NCBI GenBank assembly: GCA_963812015.1 | Contig: CAWETI010000003.1 | Coordinates: 576,001-640,000 of the forward strand | Origin: an uncultured delta proteobacterium | GTDB taxonomy: Bacteria; Desulfobacterota; Desulfobaccia; Desulfobaccales; 0-14-0-80-60-11 | Direction of reading: 5' to 3' | DNA: 64,000 bases | In this document: positions 9,928 through 18,395 of the stretch, piece by piece | How positions within the stretch are numbered: the stretch's first letter is position 1 | Layout: the number at the start of each line of letters is the position of its first letter | Translations under genes and position numbers: made by a program | The notes under the pieces: model-generated | Seen by the model: the letters and a program-made list of their open reading frames with translations, nothing else | What the model was told of the DNA's origin: nothing | Databases searched by the model: none

Positions 9928-11269
9928 GCCTCGATCTGACCTTAGCCTGAGCCAGTTTCTCCTCCAGCAATTGTAATTCCTGGGCCACCCGGGGTTGAGT
10001 CTTGCGGTTCCGCTCCAGGGTCTGTAGGGCATGCACCACGGAGGCATGGGACCGCTGGAACAGGCGCCCCAACTCCACCATGGTTTTTTCCGTGTAAATG
10101 CGGCAAAAATGGAGGGCCATCTGCCGGGCCCGCACCAAGCGCTTCTGACGCGACCGCCCCAACAACTCCGGCAGGCTCACCCCATAGTAATCGCTGACGA
10201 TCTTTTGAATATCCGGGGTATTTAACCGGGTATCCACGGCCTGCAAATCCTGGAGCACCTCCTGGGCCAGGCGCAGGCTGAAAGGTTCTTCGAGCAGGGT
10301 GGACCGGGCCACCAGGCAATCCAGGGCGCTCTCGAGGCGGCGCACATCCTCGTCAACGTATTCGGCCAGGTACTCCAAAATTTTCACGGAGACCTGCACT
10401 CCCCGGCGCTTGGCTTTTTTATCCAGGATATCGACCCGGGTGGCGTAGTCCGGCGGTCCGATGGGAGTGATGAGGCCACCGGTGAGCCGGGAGCGCAGTT
10501 CCTGGGAGAGGTGGCCGATCTCCCCCGGCAGGTAGCAACTGGTAAACACCAGCCGCTTATTCTGGCTCATGAGCGTGTCCAGGGTGTAGCAGACTTCCGC
10601 CTGGATCTTCTCTTTGCCGCTGAGAAACTGGACCTCTTCCAGCAGCAAGACGTCGCAGTCCCGCCGGAAGCGCTCTTTGAACGTGGACATCCGGCCGTTC
10701 TTGAGGGCGTGCACCATCTCGTTGGCGAAATTTTCCGCGGTGATATAAAGCACCTGTTTTCCCGCCGCCGACTTGGCGACGAAGTTGCCCACCGCCTGGG
10801 ACAGGTGGCTTTTCCCCAACCCGGGTCCGGAGGTGAGAAACAGGATACGGTTATAAAAGGTATCGTTACGGGCCAGGGCCTGGGAGGCCTGATAAGCCAG
10901 GCGGTTGGAGGCCCCCACCACGAACTGGTCAAAGGTAAAGGCCCGGTTGAATCGCCGGCTCACGGTCTTCTCCACCGCCAGGGGCAGGGCGGGCTGGCAC
11001 ACCTGGACCAGGGCCGGGAGGCGCGCCGGGGTGGTGAGTAACTTCAGATGCACCGGTAGGCTGCGGTTTAAAGCCGTTTCCTGAAGCTGCCGGATGAGTT
11101 TGAGATAGTGGGCTTGGACCCACCGGAGGGCAAAGGGATTGGGACAGGATAAAACCAGCTCGCCCCCGGGCCCCGACTCTGCCAAAAGGGGCTCAATCCA
11201 CAGGTCAAAGGTAGCGCAGGGTAGCTGGTTCTTGAGGATCTCCTTGACGGCCTGCCAGATTGCTTCCAT
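9893..11269 (-). CDS. dnaA: Chromosomal replication initiator DnaA-like protein (divergent paralogue)
   Basis: Domain I (FDLWIEPL...CPNPF), FTFDQFVVGASN, Walker A GPGLGKSHL, LRSRL, VRRLESAL and domain IV ARQMA. Start at 11269 follows AAGGGGG. Confidence 0.88.
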   Translation of the reverse strand: MEAIWQAVKEILKNQLPCATFDLWIEPLLAESGPGGELVLSCPNPFALRWVQAHYLKLIRQLQETALNRSLPVHLKLLTTPARLPALVQVCQPALPLAVEKTVSRRFNRAFTFDQFVVGASNRLAYQASQALARNDTFYNRILFLTSGPGLGKSHLSQAVGNFVAKSAAGKQVLYITAENFANEMVHALKNGRMSTFKERFRRDCDVLLLEEVQFLSGKEKIQAEVCYTLDTLMSQNKRLVFTSCYLPGEIGHLSQELRSRLTGGLITPIGPPDYATRVDILDKKAKRRGVQVSVKILEYLAEYVDEDVRRLESALDCLVARSTLLEEPFSLRLAQEVLQDLQAVDTRLNTPDIQKIVSDYYGVSLPELLGRSRQKRLVRARQMALHFCRIYTEKTMVELGRLFQRSHASVVHALQTLERNRKTQPRVAQELQLLEEKLAQAKVRSRPRKASFLHTDA

Positions 11270-11840
11270 ATTCCCCCTTGGTTTGGCCCTGCATGTGGGA
11301 AGAATATTAACCGCAACCGGTACCCGGGTCAAAGGGGCTAGAGCCAAATCAACCTTAGGACTTTATATTAAAAAATTGTTAGAGATTTGTTACAGAACAC
11401 AACAATGGCGCGGCTCTGGCCAAGTTATAATAAAGAATAATTAATTCAATAGGTTATAACGCATAAACCGTGGGGTTGGGAGCCTTACGGGACCCTGAGC
11501 CGGGTCCCACGTTTTTCAAGAATCTCTCGGATTCGGGGTTTTTCATCGTTTTTCGTAGGGAGAGAAAATTATCCCGAATACAATTCGCTAACCAATTAAT
11601 TTATTTAATAAAAATAATATTAAGCCGTGAATCGCCATGATCTTCCGGGGTGAGGCCGGATGGGGCTGGAAACCGTGGTCCTTGACCCCGGGAGATCGCG
11701 CCCCAGATAACCGGGTTCATGATGGCCCGATAGTCAAGGTGGGGAAGAGGTTACTCCCCCCTCCTGCCCCGCCGGGTTCAGGGGCAATCCGGACAGGATA
11801 GCTCCACCGGATTTATCGCCCGGTCCTCCCTGCCGTTGCC

Positions 11841-11868
11841 TTGACAAATCTTAAGGAGGGGGTATCAT
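11841..11868 (+). promoter_or_regulatory. Putative sigma70 promoter for the GNAT gene
   Basis: TTGACA-16nt-TATCAT. Confidence 0.45.
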
Positions 11869-11907
11869 GGATCATAGTTTGGCTGAAATTCCTTTTTGAG
11901 GTTGGCA

Positions 11908-12477
11908 ATGATCAATTACGTCGCTTACCGCAAGTTCGCCACCCTGAAGAACGGCAAGCGGGTGATGTTCCGTTTCCTCAATGACCAGGACCGGGAGGCG
12001 TTGATCCAGATGTTCCAGGAGGCCCCGGAAGAGGATGTCCGGTTCCTGAAGCAGGACGTCAAGGACCTGAAAGTGGTAAACTCCTGGGTTGACCACCTTA
12101 ATTACCGCAAGGTATTGCCCTTGCTGGCGGTGGACCTGGAAAACAACCGGATCATTGCGGACGTCACGCTTCATCCGGGCAAACATGCCGCCAAACATAT
12201 CGGCGAGATTCGCATCTTCGTGTCCCGCCCGTTTCGAAACCTGGGCTTGGGGTCGCTGATGCTTGAAGAGGTGCTCAATCTGGCCTTGCAAGAAAATCTC
12301 ATGTGGGTGAAAGCGGAGATTCTGGCGGACCATAAAAAGGTGATCAAGGCCTTTAAAGCCAAAGGGTTCGAGCAGAAATGCCTTCTGGATGATTTTTTTA
12401 TCCGCAAGGACGGGGTGACCCACGATGTGATCTTGATGATGCGCCCGGTGGTAAAACGAGACGAGGCGGAATTTTAA
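11908..12477 (+). CDS. GNAT family N-acetyltransferase
   Basis: FRNLGLGSLML acetyl-CoA-binding motif; ATG after GAGGT. Confidence 0.85.
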   Translation: MINYVAYRKFATLKNGKRVMFRFLNDQDREALIQMFQEAPEEDVRFLKQDVKDLKVVNSWVDHLNYRKVLPLLAVDLENNRIIADVTLHPGKHAAKHIGEIRIFVSRPFRNLGLGSLMLEEVLNLALQENLMWVKAEILADHKKVIKAFKAKGFEQKCLLDDFFIRKDGVTHDVILMMRPVVKRDEAEF

Positions 12478-12486
12478 AGTACATTG

Positions 12487-12621
12487 AGACCGCTGCAAAA
12501 GTATTTTGAGGGGAGGGCCGTCGGCCCAGTTACAATCCCTCCCCCAAAGGCTGGTTGCAGAGCTCTTACCTTGGGTGACCAGGAGGGCAGGGGAGCACGG
12601 TAATCACTCTTCCCGCCCTCC
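12487..12621. repeat. MITE-like unit (imperfect terminal IRs AGACCGCTGCAA / TTGCAGAGCTCT) enclosing a G/C-tract hairpin, followed by a second hairpin
   Basis: tttgaggggaggg...ccctcccccaaa at 12505-12548 lies inside IRs at 12487-12498 and 12555-12566; ggagggcaggggag...ctcttcccgccctcc at 12582-12621. Confidence 0.55.
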
Positions 12622-12645
12622 GGCCATTTTTGGGGGAGGCTGGCC

Positions 12646-13824
12646 ATGGGCCGGGTAGCATCAGGTCTGGAAATCTTTCTCCGGGAACCGCCGGCCTGGG
12701 CGGCTGGCGCCCGGTTGGGACTCTTGAGCCACCCGGCCAGCGTCGGTCCGGATCTGACCAACGCCCGGGAACTGGTGGCCCGGGGTTTTCCCGGCCGGCT
12801 CCAGGTCCTGTTCAGCCCGCAACACGGTCTGTTGGGGGAAAAGCAGGACAACATGATCGCCTCCGCCGATTTTGCCGACCCCGTCCTCCATCTGCCGGTG
12901 GTGAGTCTCTATGGCCCCCGCATGACCCCCCCGCCCGAGGCCCTGGCGGCGGTGGACGTGATCTTGGTGGATCTCCTGGACGTGGGCACCCGGGTGTACA
13001 CCTTTGCCGCCACCCTGGCCAAGGTCATGGCGGCGGCGGCGCGCCTCGATAAGAAGGTAGTGGTCCTGGACCGCCCCAACCCCATAGATGGGACCCAGGT
13101 GGAGGGGAATATGCTGCGGCTGGAGTGGGCCTCTTTTGTGGGGCCTTATCCTTTGCCCATGCGCCACGGCTTCAGCCTGGGAGAACTGGCCCGCTACTAT
13201 AACGCCACCCAGAAGATCGGCTGCGACCTGGAGGTGATCCCCGCAGCCGGCTGGCGCCGGGGCGATTATTATGACGCCACCGGGCTGCCCTGGGTGCTGC
13301 CTTCTCCCAACCTGCCCACCCTGGATGCCGCCATCGTCTATCCCGGTCAGGTGCTGCTGGAAGGCACCAATCTCTCCGAAGGCCGGGGCACCACCCGGCC
13401 CTTCGAACTCTTCGGGGCCCCTTTTCTGGAACCCCGGCGCATCCTGGACCTTCTCAAGCAGATCGAGCTGCCGGGGGTGATCCTCAGGGCGGCCTGTTTT
13501 GAGCCCACCTTCCATAAATGGGCCGGGGAACTGTGCCGGGGTTTCCAGCTTCACGTCACCGACCGGGGGAGCTTCAAGCCCTACTTCACCACCCTGGCCC
13601 TGCTGGCGGCGATCCGGGAGCTCTACCCCGAGCAGTTCGCCTGGCGCCAGCCGCCCTACGAATACGAGACGGTGCGCCTGCCCTTCGACTTGCTCACCGG
13701 GGATGACGTTATCCGGCAGGGGTTGGAGGGGGGATTGACCGCTGGAGAACTGGAAGGCGCCTGGCAGGACGACCTGGCGCGGTTTATGGAAGTGCGGCGG
13801 GAGTTTTTGATTTACGGGGAATGA
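12646..13824 (+). CDS. DUF1343 / NamZ-like exo-beta-N-acetylmuramidase
   Basis: FSPQHG, DVGTRVYT, LDRPNP, PMRHG, PSPNLP and SEGRGTTRPFE motifs. Confidence 0.9.
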   Translation: MGRVASGLEIFLREPPAWAAGARLGLLSHPASVGPDLTNARELVARGFPGRLQVLFSPQHGLLGEKQDNMIASADFADPVLHLPVVSLYGPRMTPPPEALAAVDVILVDLLDVGTRVYTFAATLAKVMAAAARLDKKVVVLDRPNPIDGTQVEGNMLRLEWASFVGPYPLPMRHGFSLGELARYYNATQKIGCDLEVIPAAGWRRGDYYDATGLPWVLPSPNLPTLDAAIVYPGQVLLEGTNLSEGRGTTRPFELFGAPFLEPRRILDLLKQIELPGVILRAACFEPTFHKWAGELCRGFQLHVTDRGSFKPYFTTLALLAAIRELYPEQFAWRQPPYEYETVRLPFDLLTGDDVIRQGLEGGLTAGELEGAWQDDLARFMEVRREFLIYGE

Positions 13825-13832
13825 GGTTAAGC

Positions 13833-13901
13833 TTTGAGGGAGGGGGCCAGGGGCAGACAGCCCCTGCCCCCTCCCTCAAACTCCCTCCCCCAACCCCTTA
13901 T
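13833..13901. repeat. G-tract/C-tract hairpin repeat copy
   Basis: tttgagggagggggccaggggc-agaca-gcccctgccccctccctcaaa plus the tail ctccctcccccaacccctta. Confidence 0.8.
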
Positions 13902-13916
13902 TGGTAATAAGTTCTT

Positions 13917-13941
13917 GTAGGGTGCGTAAGACGCACCCTAC
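13917..13941. repeat. GTAG-type REP palindrome
   Basis: gtagggtgcgt-aag-acgcaccctac is a perfect palindrome. Confidence 0.8.
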
Positions 13942-13954
13942 CTACATTGCTTTT

Positions 13955-14260
13955 TTATCCAGGTTGCGGGCCGGTAGGGGCATAAAGCGGTTTGAGGTTG
14001 ATCTCCTTGGCTGATTTCCTGACTTGAGCAAGGTCGTACTGCACCTGGAGCTGTAACCAACTATCGGGACTGCGGCCAAAAGCCTGGGACAACCTGACGG
14101 CCATTTCCGGGGAAATGCCCGCGTGACCGTTCAACAACAAAGAAAGGGTCTTGCGGGTCACGCCAAGTCCTTGAGCGGCCCGGGTGATGGTCAAGTCCAG
14201 GGGCTCGAGGCATAATTCCCGGATAATCTCGCCCGGATGCGGTGGATTTTTCATGGCCAT
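13955..14260 (-). CDS. higA: HigA family antitoxin
   Basis: [17 protein letters not shown] and [10 protein letters not shown]...[10 protein letters not shown] motifs. Confidence 0.93.
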   Translation of the reverse strand: MAMKNPPHPGEIIRELCLEPLDLTITRAAQGLGVTRKTLSLLLNGHAGISPEMAVRLSQAFGRSPDSWLQLQVQYDLAQVRKSAKEINLKPLYAPTGPQPG

Positions 14261-14272
14261 GGCGTTTTCCTC

Positions 14273-14551
14273 CTAATGGTAATCAATCAGATCAACCTCG
14301 GCGGCTTGGCCGTCCTCAAAGCGAAAAATCACCCGCCAATTTCCTGAAACGGCTACGGCATAAAACCCCGCCAGATCGCCCTTGAGTTGATGAAGCTTCA
14401 GACCGGGAAGGTTCATATCCTCAACGGTGACAGCCGTGGCCAGCAAAGCCAGAATCTGCCGCAGCCGCTTTACCAGGGATTGTTTCACTCCCTTGGTCCG
14501 GTCGTCATAATAGAGGGCGGCTAATCCTTTATGCCTTATGCTGCCGATCAT
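14273..14551 (-). CDS. higB: HigB/RelE family toxin
   Basis: IRHKGL, LHQLKGD and VSGNWRVIFRF...VDLIDYH motifs; lies upstream of the antitoxin. Confidence 0.93.
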   Translation of the reverse strand: MIGSIRHKGLAALYYDDRTKGVKQSLVKRLRQILALLATAVTVEDMNLPGLKLHQLKGDLAGFYAVAVSGNWRVIFRFEDGQAAEVDLIDYH

Positions 14552-14555
14552 GGAT

Positions 14556-14584
14556 ATTGTATCCTGTTACGTAGCAGGTTACAA
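14556..14584 (-). promoter_or_regulatory. higBA promoter with overlapping near-palindromic operator
   Basis: Minus strand TTGTAA-17nt-TACAAT, 4 nt before the ATG; tgttac-gtagcag-gttaca inverted repeat in the spacer. Confidence 0.5.
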
Positions 14585-14589
14585 GTCAA

Positions 14590-14723
14590 TTTATCTATTC
14601 GCAAGGAAAAAATTGAGCGGGTGCGGCCTTTTTTCGCTCGCGAACCGGGAATACCATTTTGTCTATTTTTCAGGATTTTTGGGTGCTGGAAAGCCGCGTC
14701 CTATCAGGGGTATGATTATTTGA
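14590..14723 (+). pseudogene. Possible degraded minimal nucleotidyltransferase (MNT-type) N-terminus
   Basis: Two overlapping frames give KIERVRPFFAREPGI / FVYFSGFLGAGKPRPIRG, resembling the MNT start (FAYLFGS.A.G...P.SD.D), but frameshifted and lacking the Asp residues. Confidence 0.3.
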
Positions 14724-14866
14724 ACCAGACAATTCACGTGATTTTGTCCAGTTTTCTTTTTTCCGCCCTCCGCGGTCTATCATCAGACAATTAGATATAT
14801 TTTGTCCCGAGACAAGGTTAGGCCCGGAGAGAAAGCTATGATAATCTCTAACAAGGAGGCCGTAGT

Positions 14867-15523
14867 ATGGAATCCCATATCGTCGCTTTGGAAGAGCTTT
14901 CCAAAAAACATGCTGAAATTGGAAATAGTCTTTATCATGCCTGTAATTCGTCGTTATTCCCTGCGGATATCTTGGCGTTCTCAGTTCTTGAACGATCTCT
15001 TCAACTCCTAAAAGGCTTTTGTCTGCTAATGCGAAATGAGGGTTACGTCTGCGCAGTGCCCCTGCTTCGAATGCAACTTGACAGCTTGCTGAGGTTTTCC
15101 GGGATTGTGACGATGGATGACCCTCATGGGACGGCTCAGTTGGTAATGAACGGAAAGGCGCTGAGGAATATTAAGGGCATGGATGGGGAAAAAATGACTG
15201 ACAAGCGTTTAGTTAAACGGTTCTCAGTCAAGAATCCACAGATTCAAGTCGTATATGACGCTACCTGTAGTTACGTCCACTTCTCAAGGGAGCACTTTGC
15301 TCTTTTTCTTGCGCGTTGTAAGAAAATTAGTGAAGATGGAAACCGGGAAATATGTATAGGTCATGATGATGCAAATATTCAGATGGAAAACAAGCTCGGC
15401 TTAATCAACAATTTTAAGGTAATCACAAAAGCAGTCATCAATCTTTTAGAACACTGGTGTTCCTATCGTCACAATTATGGGGATATAAGCTCTTTGCGTG
15501 AGAGATGCACGCAGCGCTTATGA
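14867..15523 (+). CDS. AT-rich hypothetical helical protein (DUF5677-like pattern)
   Basis: AAGGAGG RBS; pattern LLRMQLD...VYDATCSYVH; GC clearly lower than the flanks. Confidence 0.7.
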   Translation: MESHIVALEELSKKHAEIGNSLYHACNSSLFPADILAFSVLERSLQLLKGFCLLMRNEGYVCAVPLLRMQLDSLLRFSGIVTMDDPHGTAQLVMNGKALRNIKGMDGEKMTDKRLVKRFSVKNPQIQVVYDATCSYVHFSREHFALFLARCKKISEDGNREICIGHDDANIQMENKLGLINNFKVITKAVINLLEHWCSYRHNYGDISSLRERCTQRL

Positions 15524-15807
15524 TCTATTACGCCGCTTTATCTTCGTTAAAAGAAACTGTGACACGGCAAGTAGGCCGCCCATTTTCTGCGCCACGCCTT
15601 GAGCAAGCCCGCTCCCTCTCGCAGCCTTTTTCTGTCTAAGCAGCCCTAACTCCCCTTATGTTTTCACGCTTGTGCTTCTCGTGCGCTAAAGCAGGCCAGC
15701 CAGATTAGAAAAAAGGTGGGATTTTATCCAGTTATTAAGTTCAAAGGTTTTGTAACAGTTTTGTGCAAAACCTGCAAGGTGTAGCGAAGTCATAGTTGAT
15801 CCACTGG

Positions 15808-16683
15808 TCAGACGATCATTGCTTCAATTATTAAATTGCTATTCTTGTCTATGAGTACAAGATGATTGTTATAATAAGCAAAGTCTAAGTATAAGTTTAA
15901 AAACCTCTTTCCAGTTTTCTTGAAAATATCTTCTAGGATCATTGTCTTGTTCGCCTGATATTTTGCCTCGACAGAGGCTATGTATTTTTTCCAGTTCATG
16001 GCCTGCCGAATGTGGTTTACACCAGTACTTGCACGGGTGATTCCCCCACCGATCGGTGCATAAACCTTGTCGTCAATTTTCAAGCATATATTACTCTGAT
16101 TCTTTCTTAACTTCTTGATCTCATCATTGGTTGGGCTAAATGACACATCCAAAACTCCTTTTAGCTCATAGCCTTCGATGACGGCTGGCCAGTTATCTTT
16201 AATAATTTGCAAGTATTCTCTCTTTACAAAAACTTCAACATCGTTGTGGTGTTCAATATCAATAAAATGTGCGATACCATTTTTAAATAGAACCATTAGC
16301 AAGTAGTCGGATCTGACATTAAAATAACCACCTGAGTTATTATTGTTAAGATGAAGATGATGAATGTTCCAATCAAGCAGCAAATAATCTTGAAATTGAG
16401 GATTTAACGCTTCCTTGCTCAGAAATGGATTTACATCATCACCTTTCGTTAGCCTCAGTTTTATCTCTTCGTATGCAACTTTATAATTTGTGCCTAATGA
16501 GCTGAGTTTGGCAATCACTTCCCCAGTCTCTTTAATCATATGTGGAAATTGATAGATCAATTTTGCTTTTAAGTTTAGGTTTAAAGCAATGATTTCTTGA
16601 TCATCTAAACTGCCAAAGTCACTCATTCCATAATTGTTGAGCTCTTCTTTGACTACGGCCATGAATTTCTGAAACAATTTCAT
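15808..16683 (-). CDS. AT-rich hypothetical protein with DWNIHHLHL motif (possible YafO/RelE-like RNase)
   Basis: GGAGG RBS; GDDVNPFLS...DYLLLDWNIHHLHL...RSDYLLMV; very low GC. Confidence 0.75.
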   Translation of the reverse strand: MKLFQKFMAVVKEELNNYGMSDFGSLDDQEIIALNLNLKAKLIYQFPHMIKETGEVIAKLSSLGTNYKVAYEEIKLRLTKGDDVNPFLSKEALNPQFQDYLLLDWNIHHLHLNNNNSGGYFNVRSDYLLMVLFKNGIAHFIDIEHHNDVEVFVKREYLQIIKDNWPAVIEGYELKGVLDVSFSPTNDEIKKLRKNQSNICLKIDDKVYAPIGGGITRASTGVNHIRQAMNWKKYIASVEAKYQANKTMILEDIFKKTGKRFLNLYLDFAYYNNHLVLIDKNSNLIIEAMIV

Positions 16684-16800
16684 TTTGCCTCCATCTACTT
16701 AACGCCGGAATGAGTTTTCTATACTACTCCACTGGGGGAAGGTCCCCAGGTTCTATTAACTGGACAAGTTACCATGAATTGTCCAATTTTATAAAGAAAT

Positions 16801-16824
16801 GTAGGCGCGTAAGACGCGCCCTAC
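16801..16824. repeat. GTAG-type REP palindrome (sister of 13917-13941)
   Basis: gtaggcgcgt-aag-acgcgccctac. Confidence 0.75.
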
Positions 16825-16890
16825 GCAGCTTTCTCTCTATTTCAAACTCCTGCTGCATTTCCCTAACCACTGACCACTGGCCACTGCCGT

Positions 16891-18258
16891 TCACGGAAAC
16901 AGGCTGCGGATGGCGTCGGCCAGGGTTTCCACGCCCACCAGTTCCAGGCCGGGGAACTCGCCCAGGCGGTCCTGTTGGCGGCGGGCCAGGAGGGCCCGGG
17001 AGAACCCCAATTTCAGGCCTTCTTTGAGGCGGACTTCCGGGGAGCTGACGGCCCGGATTTCGCCGGTAAGCCCCACCTCCCCGAAGATCAGGGTATCGGC
17101 GGGCACTGGCCGGTCCAGGAAGGAGGAGGCCAGGGCCAGGGCCACCCCCAGGTCCAGGGCGGGCTCGGTGAGGCGCACCCCACCGGCCACGTTGACGAAG
17201 AGGTCGTGGCCGCCCATACCCAGCCCCACCCGCTTTTCCAGAATGGCCACCAGCAGCGAAACCCTTCCCGGCTCCACGCCCATGGTTTGTCGCCGGGGCG
17301 TCGCCAGGGAGGAGGGGGAGACCAGGGCCTGGACCTCCACCAGGATGGGGCGGGAACCCTCCAGGCTGGGAACCACTACCGCGCCGGGGACCTCAAGGGA
17401 GCGTTCCGCCATGAACAGGCCCGAGGGGTTGGTCACTTCCGCCAACCCGGTTTCCTGCATTTCAAAGACACCCAATTCGTGGGTGGGGCCGAAGCGGTTC
17501 TTGACGGTGCGCAGCAAACGGAAGGGGTGGCTCCGGTCGCCCTCCAGGTAGAGCACCGTGTCCACCATATGTTCCAGGACCATGGGGCCGGCGATGGCGC
17601 CTTCCTTGGTGACGTGGCCGATGAGAAAGGTGGCGACCCCGGTGAGCTTGGCCTGTTGGACCAGGCGGAAGGCGGTCTCCCGGATCTGGGTCAAGGAGCC
17701 GGGGGCCGCAGGCAGGGTGGCGGTGTAGAGGGTCTGAATGGAATCCAGGGCCAGGTAGGCGGGGCGGCACTCTTCCACGATCTTGAGGATGTTTTCCAGG
17801 CAGGTTTCCGTGGCCACCAAGAGACCGGGGGCGGAGACCCCCAGGCGGTCGGCCCTAAGCTTGAGCTGGGTTTCGGACTCCTCCCCGGAGATATAGAGGC
17901 CCTGGCGGCCTTGGCGGCAGAGGCGATCCAGCACCTGGAGGATCAGGGTGGATTTGCCGATGCCGGGGTCGCCGCCCAGGAGGACCACGGAGCCGTGGAC
18001 CACGCTCCCTCCCAGGGTCCGGTCGAATTCCGTCAGGCCGCTCACCTGGCGGACCTCGGGGGGCGCCTTCAGCCCAATCAACGGCTGGGGGGCGCCGTGC
18101 CTGGGGGGCAACTGCACGTCAGACACGGGCGCGGCAGGGGTCATCTCTTCGGCCAGAGAGCTCCAGGTGCCGCAATCGGGACAACGGCCCAGCCATTTGG
18201 GGGCCTGATACCCGCAGTTCTGACAGATAAACACGGATTTGCCGGGACGGGCTGCCAT
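16891..18258 (-). CDS. radA: DNA repair protein RadA/Sms
   Basis: CQNCG...CPDCG zinc finger, GDPGIGKSTL, KNRFG motif and a Lon-like C-terminus. Confidence 0.97.
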   Translation of the reverse strand: MAARPGKSVFICQNCGYQAPKWLGRCPDCGTWSSLAEEMTPAAPVSDVQLPPRHGAPQPLIGLKAPPEVRQVSGLTEFDRTLGGSVVHGSVVLLGGDPGIGKSTLILQVLDRLCRQGRQGLYISGEESETQLKLRADRLGVSAPGLLVATETCLENILKIVEECRPAYLALDSIQTLYTATLPAAPGSLTQIRETAFRLVQQAKLTGVATFLIGHVTKEGAIAGPMVLEHMVDTVLYLEGDRSHPFRLLRTVKNRFGPTHELGVFEMQETGLAEVTNPSGLFMAERSLEVPGAVVVPSLEGSRPILVEVQALVSPSSLATPRRQTMGVEPGRVSLLVAILEKRVGLGMGGHDLFVNVAGGVRLTEPALDLGVALALASSFLDRPVPADTLIFGEVGLTGEIRAVSSPEVRLKEGLKLGFSRALLARRQQDRLGEFPGLELVGVETLADAIRSLFP

Positions 18259-18395
18259 CGATTTCTGCTGTCCTTATAGGAAAATGGGAAACTGCCGGGA
18301 TCGTTCCTGAACCCCGGAGGGCGGTCAGGGCTCAAAAATAGAGAAATCGCCGACAAGTTTCTTTATAATGGCATCATCAGATCGTCATTATTACC

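Noticed and set aside
11270..11900. oriC next to dnaA
   Set aside because: AT-rich, but no TTATCCACA-type box cluster was seen, dnaN/gyrB are absent and the DnaA is divergent.
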